DNA of 64,000 bases from Cenococcum geophilum (lineage: Eukaryota), in contig CP158636.1 in the NCBI GenBank assembly GCA_050273025.1, positions 7,812,001 through 7,876,000 on the forward strand, written 5' to 3'. Under the pieces are notes generated by a model. It was not told the DNA's origin. It ran no database searches and worked only from the letters and a program-made list of their open reading frames with translations. The translations under genes were made by a program, and so were the position numbers. Of this stretch, positions 40,237 through 52,440 are shown one piece after another; within the stretch, counting starts at the first letter, position 1; every line of letters begins with the position of its first letter.

Positions 40237-43200
40237 TGTTACGGACGCTTTAAGTACAATGTTATAACTACTAAGAAAGGAGTTAAAAGAAGCCAGTTGG
40301 TTAATATAGGCACGGTCTAGGATAGAGCCGATAGAACTATATAACGAGAAATAGTAACCAAGGTTATATAATGTGATCTATATAATCTGTAAGATCTATA
40401 AGATCTGTAACAGAGTAAATAGAGCACACATACCTTACGTATAAAGGGGATTTCTTAAAAGTATGGTTGTGTATTTAAAGGACCATAGTCCCTACCTAGA
40501 TAGTTCTCTCCTTTGTAGTAAATCTTAGAATATAATTAGAGTTAATCTATTAGGCAACTACTCTACCAGTTATTATTACGTTATTAATTTCTTGTTTACC
40601 TATATACCTAGTCTATTAATAAGTCCACCGTAGTTCCTGCTATAAGGCTTTATTATATATTTACTACTAAGGTTATAGTATTAATAAAGTTAAATAATAT
40701 GCTACTAAAAGCACCAACTATAACGCTATTAACGGCGGTAACTACTTTAAGGTTAGGTAACGACACTAGTATAGCAGACACTAACTTACAGCAACCTATA
40801 ATAGTCGGACAACTATAAGAGATAGTTAACCAGTTAACAGAAAATAATGTAACGCTAGAAAATAGGATTAATGGGATAGGAGCAGCAAAGATTAAGTTAC
40901 TATTAATTAAAAGGTACTTAGAAGAAAGATTAAAACTTAAAAAATTCCTTACGCAAATACACTTTAAGGTTACGCAAGAAGGAGTAAAGCTGCTAATACC
41001 TATGGATTGAATAGCATATGCGGGACTATTCCTGTTAGAAAGGGCACTTAAGTAGTTTAAGCCTTACCTTATAGAAATACAAGCGAATAGAATAACGACC
41101 ACTAATTAAGAAGTATGGTTTATATTCGTAAGCTAGAAAGGGTTTATAGAGCAACTTATATAAATATTTGGAGACCTAAAGGCAGTAACTATAGCAGAAA
41201 GAAAACTCTAAGATATTATATAATAAACCTTAGCAATTAAGTATATAACGCAGTTCTAGATATTAGTAATATAAGTTAAGTAGAATAATAAGGCGCTTAT
41301 GGCACAGTATAAGTAAGGACTTAAGGCTAAAGTTTAGGATGTAATTATTCTAATAGAAGATATGGAAACCCTACAGGAACTAATAGATTAAGTAAGATTA
41401 ATAATTGGATCTACTAAAGGGAGTAGGCTAAGAAAGGCTAGGATAGAGTTTTATAGTTGTATAAGGCGCAAAGCACGTAATAACTAAAGCTAAGTTAGAA
41501 ACTATAGTATGGTATAGAGCTAATAAACCTAAGTAGTATTAAAGAATTTAGAAAATAGAATAAGAAATTATGGAAACCTAAAGGATAAGGATTAAGTAAT
41601 TAAAGGTCTAAAAAGTAGAGGCCGAATTAGGGATCTTAATAGCAGAAGATATTTAGGCCGACTCTATAGTAAGAAAAATAGTTTAAAGAAGGAGCTTATA
41701 TAAATTGTAGAAAATAGGGTTATTACGCTAGAGACTATAGAAGTGGTTAGAGTTATTATATAGTAAAAGGGATAAGACTAGTAGACGATATATATGTATA
41801 AAGGGATAATAATGTGCTGTAAGGAACAAAAGAATGTTTAATTAAAAGTTTTGCGTTTTGTTATAATAACGCATACCAAATTTATAAGGACGCTAAGTAT
41901 AGCGTAAGCTATTAGCTATAAGAGCTAGAACCTATAAAATATAGAGAAACTAACGAACTAGTTCGCAGATCGGATATTAAGGACAATAAATTTAATATAG
42001 GCGAAATATTTTATAACAATAAGGCGATAAAGGTAGCTTACTAGGAGTATGTAGACCTTAGAGATATTATATAAGAGGTAGAGGATAATTCTACTACAGA
42101 ATAGGGAACATTAGTAGGGATTAAGACCCTACTAGATACGATATCTATCGCTTTATAAGATATAAGAGAAGTAGGATAGTAAGCTATTTTAGCACTTAAT
42201 AAAGGCAAAAGGCTAAAAGCTTAAGACTCTTAATATAAGATGCGAGATGACTAAGATTCTTAAGATAAGATAAGGTAAGCTTAAGGACCTATAATAGATA
42301 ATAACCGATGGAGTAGAGTAATAGCTTAGTTTAGTAATATATAAATAAGCTTAGGATAAAGTTTCCTAAAGGCATAAGACTCTTAAGACGAGATGAGTAA
42401 GATTTAAAACTCTTAAAATAAGATAAGAATACTAGTAAAGCCTAGTTAGACTAAGGCTAGAGTAAAGCTTAAGATAGAAGTAAGCTTAAGATTAAGAATC
42501 TTATAGGACTAAGATTTCTAGACATAAATAAGGACTATTAAAGAAATTGCAAGCGAGACTTAGTAATAGGATTAAAAAGTTAATACTAAGATTAAAAAGT
42601 AAGATAACTTTAAGGATTAATCTGTAAGATACAAACCAAAAGAAACCATAAAAGAGTTTAGATAAAGAATTATTGTATAGTAAGAACAGAAACTAGATAA
42701 GAGATCTAGTATATTAGGGTATATAAGGGACAGAGTACCTATACAAAAAATCACTAATAGGCCTAGGGTAGGTATACTAAAAGCTAAGTAGCTTACTAAA
42801 CTAGAAAACGAAGAGGATTTAGGGATCCCTATTAGGTTTAAAGAATGATATATAAAAGGCTGTTACGATATAGTAATAAGAAGATACTTCCTTATAGATA
42901 AGCTATACACACTCTAGTAGCTATACTAAAAGTAGTATAGGCAACGACACAATAATAAGTAGGAAGATTTCTATATATAGTTAGATAAAAGAGTTATCTA
43001 GGACTACCTAATTATAGAGAAGGCTATAACTTATATTAAAGAAGCCTTAATTATAACGTTAAAGGATCTAGAGGAATAATTAGAGGACTAAAGAAGTGAA
43101 AGGCGTATCTTAGTACCTATAAATAAAGTTATAACGTTTAAATTAGCACGATAAAGGTTTAAACTTAAAAATAAAGATAAGTTAAGAGTTAACCCGAAGC

Positions 43201-46200
43201 ACCTAGTATATTATACGCTATTATGGATTATATGCGTAGACGATATATATAAAATGCATAAGAATCTAAAAGAAAAGAATTAGAAGTACCCTATAAGAAT
43301 ATATTAGGTATTAAATAAGCAATAGTATAGGAGTGCTAAGTATATATACAGCTAGCACCTAGCAGAAGTTTAAGAGTTAAAAGACTTAACACTTTAACTA
43401 GAAAGATTCCTTATAGAAAAATGATTAGATAAATAATAGTAGTGGGAATGTTTAGAGAACACGTATTTATAGTATATTAAAGATAAAAAGCAAATTAGGT
43501 ATTAGCTAAGGAGCGAGCTAAGTGCAATAGGATTAAATAGCTAATAGTTAGAAAAAGTGGAGGCCTACAGAACTAAAGGGAGCTAGTAGTAGAGCCTTAA
43601 ACCCTTAAAGGAATTTAAGGATAACACCTAAATTTACGAGTTAAATAGTAAGATTAGTAGTTTAAAGCGCTAATAGATAGTGAAGTAATACGGAACTATA
43701 TCTTATTAGTAGCAGTTAAGAGAATAGGATTACCTTATAGATAGAAGGAGTAACCTTACCTATTAGTTACAATTTTAGGAGATCCAATAGCCTATAGAGG
43801 AGGGATTATTAATCTTAAAATAGGACCTATTTAGATAACTATTAAAGGAAGATAAATTAAGATGTCTTTTAATATCCTACTATTAGGACGGGATAAGGCA
43901 GTATTAGGTATACCTTAGTTATAGAAATATAATCTAAAGATCGATTAGATTACAGGTTAGGTCAATATTAGAAATACTTAATGCTATAAGATATAATAGT
44001 AAACTAAGCTAGTATAGTACTAAGTTAGAGTAATATACAAAGAGACTAAGTAAGGCTTAAGTTACGTACTAAAGAGATACTATAAGTATAGTAAGAAACT
44101 ATAGAGCCTAGAAAGTAAAAAGCTGGTAGACTATATAGCATAGGACTATAAGATAGAGTTAGAACTAGGAATAAGTTTAAGGTTTTTTCTAACCTATAAG
44201 CTTATAGAAGAAGAGTCTAGAGCACTTAAGGAGTTTATCCAAGAAAACTTATAAAAGGGATATATTAGACTATTATAGTTATTAGTAGGTTATCTAGTAC
44301 TATTCGTACTAAAAAAGAATAGAAAACTTAGGCTATATATTAACTATAAATAGTTAAATAGCATTACTTGGAAGGATAAGTATCCTTTACCCTTAATTAG
44401 CGAAATCTAAGATTAGATAGGTAATGCGTAAATCTTTATAAAGATAGATCTAAGATGGGCGTACCATTAAATTAGAATTAAGGAAGGAGATAAATAAAAG
44501 GCAGCTTTTAGGTTAAGAGAAGGACTATATAAACCATTAGTTATATAATTCGGATTAATAAATATACTAGCAATATTTTAGAAATGAATTAATAATGTAT
44601 TAGGAGAACACCTTGATAAGTTTATTATAGCATACCTTAACAATATTATTATCTACTTAATAATTAAGAAAGAGTATGGGGATTATATTAAATGGGTTTT
44701 AAAGAGACTATAAGAAGAATAGATGCTAGTAGCAATTAAGAAATGCGAGTTCTTTATAAGGAAGACTAATTTTGTTAGATTTATTATTAAACTAGGTTAT
44801 ATTAGTATAGACCTAAAGAAGATTAAAGCTATAGTAAGTTGGCAAGAACTAGAGAATATAATATAGTTAAGGTTATTTTTAGGGTTTTGCAACTACTATA
44901 GAAGGTTTATAGTATAATGGTTAAAGAATATTAAACCATTTACTAGGCTTATAAAGAAAGAGGAACTATAGGTATAGGGAGATAAATAAAAGAAGTTGTT
45001 TAAAGAACTTAAGGAGTTGTTTACCTAGGAGCCGATCCTTAAGATTTACTAACTAGGACTAGACACGGTTGTAAAAACGGATATATTAGACTATACACTA
45101 GGAGTATATTTGCTATAGAAGTATAAGGACGTATAGTATTTAGTAGTATATTATAGTAGAAAGATAACACCACTAGAGTTAAACTATGACGTCTATAATA
45201 AGGAGTTATTAGGTATAGTTACAGCACTTAAGGAATAGAGAGTATTCTTATAAGGCGTAGAGAAACTATTTATAGTTAAAATAGATTATAAGAACCTAAC
45301 GGGGTTCCTAATAACAAAAGAACTTAATTAAAGACAGGTTAGATAGGCAGAGATGCTTATAGAATACCATTTCGAGATTTAGTATACTAAAGGAACTAAA
45401 AATATAAGAGTAGATATACTTAGTAGAAAGGCTAAACTACAAAATAATAAGAAGCTATTAAGAGCAATGCTATATAGAGATAAGGATAGGTTAATTAGAT
45501 ATAATTACCCTAAACTAGCAGCAACTTAAGAGAATAATAAACTAGAAAGAGTCTATAAGATACCGGAAAGCTTTTAAGCATAAAGAATTTTTAAGGTATA
45601 ACTAGAGGAATAGTTAAAATATCTAAAGGAAGAAATACTGTATAAGTATAGAGAAGTAAAGTATATTCTAAGAAGCATAGCAGAGCATTTTATAGAAGAT
45701 TTCTATAAGGGAATAACTTAAGGATATAATAGAGCTATAGGCTTAGTATTAAGACTTTAAGAAGAATATATTATTAATAGAGTCTAGAATATCGCAAGAA
45801 AAGTAATAAAAGAATGTCTAAATTGCTAAAGGAATAAACTAATAAGGTATAAGCTATATAAAGGGCTATAACCTATTAAAATACTAGAGAGACTATAGGA
45901 GGTTATATTATAGGACTTTATTATTAAGTTACCAAAGTTAAGAGATTCTATTACTGGATAAGATTATAATACGATCTTAGTAATAGTGGATAAGTTAACT
46001 AAATAGGGCTACTTTGTAGTATGTATAGAAGAAATCTTAGTGGAGGATGTCGCTAGAATCTATATTAAAGAAGTATTCTCAAAATATAGAGTACTAAGTA
46101 AGATTATATTAGATAGAGATCTAAGATTTATAGCAGTATTTTAGGAGGTATTCTTAGCAGAATAAGAAGTTTAAGTAGTAACTTTTACTATATATTATCC

Positions 46201-49200
46201 GCAGACAGACAGTTAAACGGAAAGGTTAAATTAGACGCTAGAATAGTATCTAAGACATTATGTTAATTATATACAGAATAATTAGGTATTGCTATTACTA
46301 ATTATATAGTTTATATATAATATAACACCATAGGAAGGAATAGGTATATTACTATTTAAGGCAAATTATAAATATAAGCTAAGAATATTGTTATTACTAT
46401 AATAAGTAAAGAAAACAAGTAGCATAGCTAAAGAAAGAATAAAGACGTTAATAAATCTTTATATAGACCTTATAGAATTAGTAAAGAAAGTATAAGAGAG
46501 AATAAAAAAGTACTATAATGCTAAGAGATCTAAGGGACCAGATCTTAAGGAGGGAGATAAAGTATGGCTACTATATAAAAATTTTAAGAGTTAACGACTA
46601 AGTAAGAAGTTAGACTACGTTAGACTAGGACCTTTTAAAATTATATAAAGGATTTTACCGGTTACGTTTAAGTTAAACCTACTAGCTAAGATAAAGATCT
46701 ACCCTATATAGCATATCGCAATGCTAAAGCTAGTATATAGGAATATTAAGCTACCGGTTTATAAGGCAGATATATATAGAGGATAAGAAGAAGATAAATA
46801 GTAAGTTTTGAGAATTGTTAGTTATAAGGACATTAATAATAAAATATAGTATAAAGTTAAGTAGATAAGCTATAATGAGATTACCTAAGAGCTATTAAAA
46901 AATTTAAAGAATGCTATAAGAAAGGTACAGGAGTATTAGAAGAGATTAGGTTAGGCAGTATTAATAAAAAAGGATCGCTAAAGAATAAGTTACCTAAGGG
47001 GGACCTAAGAAAAGTAGTTGCTGAACTACTTAGATCTGTTTCCTTCTTTATTAAAAAAGAATCCGTTCTTTTATCGCCAAGTTCCTGTAAACCTTATTCT
47101 ATAAGTTTCCACTCTTTAAAACGGACCTTTTTAAGATAGATTAGTTAAGCGGACGCTGTAAGACGAAACTTAAGGGCCCGTTGCTGAGTATCGGCAGCCT
47201 CTTATTTAGCGTTATAAGAATAATAAAGTTCCGCTAGAGTAATAGACAGTTTATTATCTAGCTATGTAGTAGTAGATTAAATATAAGACCCTAAAATAAA
47301 TTAATTAGGGAACTAGATAACTATTAAGAGTAATAAGTCGCGTATATTATAGACGAAGGCCTATACCAGAGACTCGAAAGGTGCAACCCCGAAGAAGAAT
47401 GGGCACTTACCCTAGACTATATCCCTATCCAGATACAGCTAGACCTAGATACTAAAGCGCAACTAAATAGAAAAAGATACGCAATAAGGAAGCTTAAGAC
47501 AGACAGTTTCCTTAATGCAGTTAAACAATAACTTTAAGACCTAGAAGAAATCCACCTAATACCAAACGAGCGAGGCTTATTGGCCACCCCCGAGGAAATC
47601 GACCGAAGACTAGAAAGGATCTAGGCAGCAATTAAAAATAGGCTGGAAGAGCACTGCCCGATCTTAAAACCGGGCCCCTATACGCGACATGTATGGTCCA
47701 TATAATGCGCAGTTCTAGTTGCCAGCTAACGATAAGTAAGAAGGAAATACATAAGTAGCCACGACCCTAAAGACGAGAGACAATACAAAGACACAAGAAA
47801 CTAGCTAAAGAATACCCTAAAAAAAGAAGTAAGGAATAACTGGAGACGGTTTATAAATAAGCATACTTCTAACCCAAGCCTCCCCTATAATAAGGGCCTT
47901 TGGGCTATAGCAAAATAGGTAAAGAAAAAGGCAGGGCGCCTAGTAGAAGACCCATACCTACCACCCCTATAAAGAGTAGGAGAATCATAGGCCATAAATA
48001 ATAACAATAAGAAGGTAAAGATCCTTATAGAAAGGTTCTTCCCCTAACCAGCTCTAGCAGACCTTAATAATATCACAGGCGAAATACCGGTGACTTACCT
48101 ATAGGTTGACAGCGACATAACAATAGAGGAAATGGCTAGAACTATTAGCCGCCTTTTAAATAATATAGTACTAGAACTAGATGGGATTCTAAATAAGGCC
48201 CTAAAAACCTATAGGCCACTTATAGCACCTTAGCTTGCAGATATAGCCAAAGTATACTTTGCTATAGGCTACTACCCGCGACTCAGAAGATCTATAACGA
48301 CGGTTATCTTACGAAAAAAAGGCAAAGCAGATTACTTAATCCCAGGAAGCTACCGCCCTATTGCCTTAGAAAACACCCTTAGCAAGATCTTAGAAAGGGT
48401 AATAGCGAAACGCATAGTAGACACGGCAGAGGAACACGCCCTATTACCACAAAGCTAAATAGGGGCAAGAAAGAACCGCTTAACACTATTAGCACTTACG
48501 CTACTCGCTACCACTATTAAATCTGCATGGGCGATGCGAAAGGACTTTATAGTATTAATACTTAGCCTAAATATTAGTGGTGCCTACGACAATATACCCC
48601 ACAAGCGTCTTCTGCATATCCTTAGGGCAAAGGGCTTTCCAGAATGGATTATATAATTTGTCTAAGGGTTTATAGGCTAGAAAGAAACATTACTAGTCTT
48701 CAGCGGATACTAAAGCCCCCCTATTATAGTTGCAACAGGAATACTATAAGGATTACCCCTCTTGCCTATACTCTTCCTTTTCTTTATAAGTAACCTACTT
48801 AACTCCTTTAAGGAAGGGGCGACCTAGGGGATAGGCTTCGTTAACAACACAAACCTAATTATATACGGGCTAACAGCCGCAAAGAATTGTAGAACACTAG
48901 AGAAAGCCTATAATACTTATATAGAATAGGCAAAACGTTATAGAGTCTAATTCTTACTAGAGAAATACCAGCTAATCTATTTTATAAGAAAACGTAACTA
49001 ATTTGCAGATCTTTAGCATATAATTCGCATCTAAGGCTTTAGGGGTTAACTAGTTTAGGGCCTAAGGGTATTAGGAGTATGGGTAGATAGTAAGCTCCAG
49101 TGGAGCGCATATACGGCGTAAGCGGCCCGTAAAGGCTAAGCATAGTTTATTACTTTATTTAGGATTGTTAATTCTATATAGGGTCCATGCTTCTAGAGGT

Positions 49201-51253
49201 CACGCCTACTATATATAGCAGTCGTCCGGCCAACTATAATATATAGATCCAGTATTTAGGCCATTAGAGAAACTAAGAAGGGCCCCCCTAAATTACTTCT
49301 TAACTACTTTAAAAGGTCCAAACAGCCTACCTCTAGAGTATTATAGGCGGGTACAAGCGAACGGCTACAGCACTGCTTAAGAAGGAATCCAATATTCCCC
49401 CCCTATAGTTATATATTAAAGCCGCTGCAATATAAAGAACGCAAAATAAACGCAACTCTAATGTTATAAAGTATATTAAAATATGCCTAAGTAAACTATA
49501 GAGGGACCCTAGGGTGCCCTATAGGAGAATAAACCAACAACCCCAAAGTAGGGAAGAGATATTAGAGAAACAGGTAAAGAAAGCAGAAGAAGAATAGTGC
49601 CGCTTTAGGGCCCAGGCCTATATAGAGGAGGAAGGGAGACGTATAAGAGGTTAGTAAAGACAATAGCAAGATAGAGAAAGGAGCTAAAGTAGAACACGTA
49701 AGAATGCCGGGAAACCATCTACCGTAATGCAATACTAGTTAGACCAACGCTAGAGAGGTAAATAGGAGTTAAAGGTATAGAGGCTGACTTAGGCAAGATA
49801 AACCTAAGCTATAGTATGGTTAACGCTATAGGGGGTAAATACCTAAGGGCTCTAAGAAGGCCTAATAAAGGCAGAAAATATAATAGCAATACTCTTAAAA
49901 ACAGGAATAATAGGACTAAAAGATTGGCTTTACTGGGTGGGTGTCCCAGTAGATAGCCCGAGATGCAAATATAGCTAGTTAAGATAGACACCAAAACACG
50001 TAATACTGCTATGCCCCCTACGCACCAATTAAGAAATAATGCTCTTAGTAGCTGGCATAGAGAACTATAATATACTGCTCTTAACACAAAAAGGCCTCAA
50101 GGCGGTCACCTAGTGGCTTATTAGTTAAAATATGCTAAATTAGTTCCAGGTTATAAGGGAAATAGTAATAAAAGGCAAGGGGGCGAGCAGTAGGTGCCCC
50201 CTAGTAACTCTACAGTAGTAGAGTAATAGTTTGTGATACTAGCGCGTCCGTAGGCTTATTACGGCAGCAGTGGTTCCTAAGGAGGTCAAACAGTAAGGTA
50301 GTAGAGCACCATAGGCGACTCGCAGGCGCTAAGTAGGCGAGTCCTAAAAGGCAGGGAGATGGATTACGGGGTTTTCTTATTTTTCTTAAATAGAGTTTTC
50401 TCCCCATATGTAAATAAGGAGTAGTCCGCGTGGGCCTAATAGGGATCCGAATCGGACGTTAAGCAATGAATTATTATTAATAAGTCGCGTATATTTAGTA
50501 TTAGAGACGGAGTAAACGTTATAGGATAAATAAACATTCGCTTTAGTACACTCTAAATAAGAGGACGGTTATTATAAAAATAGGTTCGCTAACGTAATAT
50601 AGACTAACCCCTTTTTTGAATAATGAGAATACGGAGACGGTATAATCTCACTAAGAGATAATATTGCAGTAATGGTGCGAGCATAATGAACGGTTAAAGA
50701 AAGGGAAGAAAGAGCTTTAGGTATAATAAGTAATAATATTAACTAAATTAATTAGATGGATATTATACCTCTAGTAAATGACTTAGAGATATTTAAAATC
50801 TTTAAGGATAAAGATAAAAAGGAGGGAGATAGTATTACGGACGCTTTAAGTACAATATTATAACTACTAAGAGAGGAGTTAGAAGAAGCTAGTTGGTTAA
50901 TATAGATATAGTCTAGGATAGAGCCGATAGAACTATATAATAAGGAATAGTAACTAAGGTTATATAATATAATCTATATAATCTATAAGATCTATAAGAT
51001 CTATAATAAAGTAAATAAAGTACACGTACCTTACGTATAAAGGGGATTTCTTAGGAGTATGGTTGTGTATTTAAAGGACCACAATCCCTACCTAGATAAT
51101 TCTCTCCTTTATAGTAAATCTTAGAATATAATTAGAGTTAATCTATTAGGCAACTACTTTACTAGTTATTATTACGTTATTGATTTCTTATTTACCTATA
51201 TACCCAGCCTATTAATAAGTCCACCGTAGTTCCTGCTATAAGGCTTTGTTACA
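40237..51253 (+). mobile_element. Ty3/Gypsy chromovirus-type retrotransposon (Gypsy-2, same family as Gypsy-1), containing LINE-B
   Basis: 421-bp LTRs 40237-40657 and 50833-51253; TSD CTGGG (40232-40236) / CTAGG (51254-51258), differing by one RIP-type change; PPT GGAGGGAGATAG before 50833; gag-pol ~40699-46990 collinear with Gypsy-1. Confidence 0.95.
47349..50477 (+). mobile_element. Tad1/CgT1-like LINE (family B), 5'-truncated, less RIPped than its host
   Basis: 18-bp TSD TAATAAGTCGCGTATATT at 47331-47348 and 50478-50495, single copy in Gypsy-1 at ~1407-1424; RT motifs YRPIALENTLSKILE 48351, LDISGAYDN ~48566, GIPQGSPLSPILF ~48738, GFVDD ~48834; short ATT tail. Confidence 0.93.
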
Positions 51254-51402
51254 CTAGGCCCTAGATCTAAAAGCCGTATAGTATTATTAGCCTTACTATA
51301 AATAAATAAATAAATATCTATATAATTTCCTATATAATTATTTCTATAAATTCTTTAATTAATTACTAGTATAAAAATATATATCTATACGCCTATATAT
51401 TT

Positions 51403-51893
51403 ATATAAAGCTCTATATAAAGCTCTATATAAGGCTCTATATAAGGCTCTATATAAAGCTCTATACAAGGCTCTACTTAAAGCTCTACTCGAAGCTCTGC
51501 TTAAAGCTCCTCAAAGCTCTACACAAGGCTCTGCTCGAAGCTCTGCACGAGGCTCTGCACAAAGCTCTGCACGGGACTCTGCACGAAGCTCTGCTCGAAG
51601 TTCTGCTCGAAGCTCTGCAGGAAGCTCTGCAGAGGCTCTGCACGAGGCTCTGCACGAGGCTCTGCACGAAGCTCTGCACGAAGCTCTGCACGAAGCTCTG
51701 CGTACGGAGGCTCTGCACGAAGCTCTGCGTACGGAGGCTCTGCATAAAGCTCTGCATGAAGCTCTGCACGAAGCTCTGCACGAAGCTCTGCACGAAGCTC
51801 TGCACGAAGCTCTGCACGAAGCTCTACGCGGAGCTCTGCGTAGGGCTCTGCGTAAGCCTCTACTAAAGCTCTGCGCGAGGCTCTACCTAAAGC
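51403..51893. repeat. 12-bp minisatellite (GAAGCTCTGCAC)n, array 2
   Basis: Same unit and orientation as array 1; includes a 15-bp variant GCTCTGCGTACGGAG; left edge RIPped to AAAGCTCTATAT. Confidence 0.95.
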
Positions 51894-52217
51894 TTACCCC
51901 CTTCTATAAAGCAAATCTATACCTACTAGTAGTCCTTAGTTATTATTTAAAGCTGGCTCGTCGGTTTGGGTACTCTGGCTACAGTAGGAAGAGGGCGGCG
52001 GTGGTCGTGGGCTGCTACGACTCGGGGGCGTCGGGCGCGACGACGAGATAACGAATTAGAATCGGGCAAATCGGGCAACGTAGTCTTCTTCGCCAGGTTT
52101 GCTTTGGTAATTCTAGCCATTAGGAATAGCTTATGGAGCTATAAGAGTTGAGATAATTTGGCTCAAAGTAGGTGTATATAGGCCTAAATACCCCGCGCGG
52201 GACTAACAAAAATCCGA

Positions 52218-52309
52218 ACCGTGTACCAGACCTTCTAACGAAGGTCTTGCCAAAAGCGGCTAGCGGCTTGGCAAGGTAAGCCTTGGCAAGAAGGTCTGGG
52301 AACGAGACA
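52218..52309. repeat. Palindromic terminus-like sequence (putative Academ end)
   Basis: CCAGACCTTCT (52226-52236) / AGAAGGTCTGG (52289-52299); inner AGACCTTC-taac-GAAGGTCT; CTTGCCAA/TTGGCAAG pairs; ends GGTCTGGGAACGAGACA. Confidence 0.6.
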
Positions 52310-52440
52310 AGGCTGATTATAGTTATATAGTTATTGCCATCACTATATCAGAAGTATTGTCGCAGCATCAACGCACGTTAAGTGCAAATCAAGCGATGAG
52401 GCGACGAACCTTTCGTAATTTTTGGGTGAGAGCTGTGTTA

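Larger units (their letters stand above)
39186..51298 (-). mobile_element. Tad1-like LINE family A, copy 4 (about 1.1 kb), split by Gypsy-2
   Basis: 39186-40236 plus 51259-51298 is the reverse complement of ~35650-36578 plus 39070-39185. Confidence 0.8.
1..52309 (-). mobile_element. Putative large Academ-like (DUF6589 transposase) DNA transposon relic acting as scaffold for most nested insertions; left end outside the window
   Basis: Scaffold pieces left after removing TSD-bounded inserts: 1-647, 8573-9802, 18793-26140, ~51300-52309. They contain a DUF6589-like transposase and end in ...GAAGGTCTGGGAACGAGACA, which resembles Academ termini as I recall them. Continuity across the LINE block (26141-51298) is inferred from the same 12-mer array on both sides. 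Confidence 0.5.

Noticed and set aside
1..52309. Starship giant transposon
   Set aside because: No tyrosine-recombinase (DUF3435) motifs recognised; the mobility gene seen is DUF6589-like.
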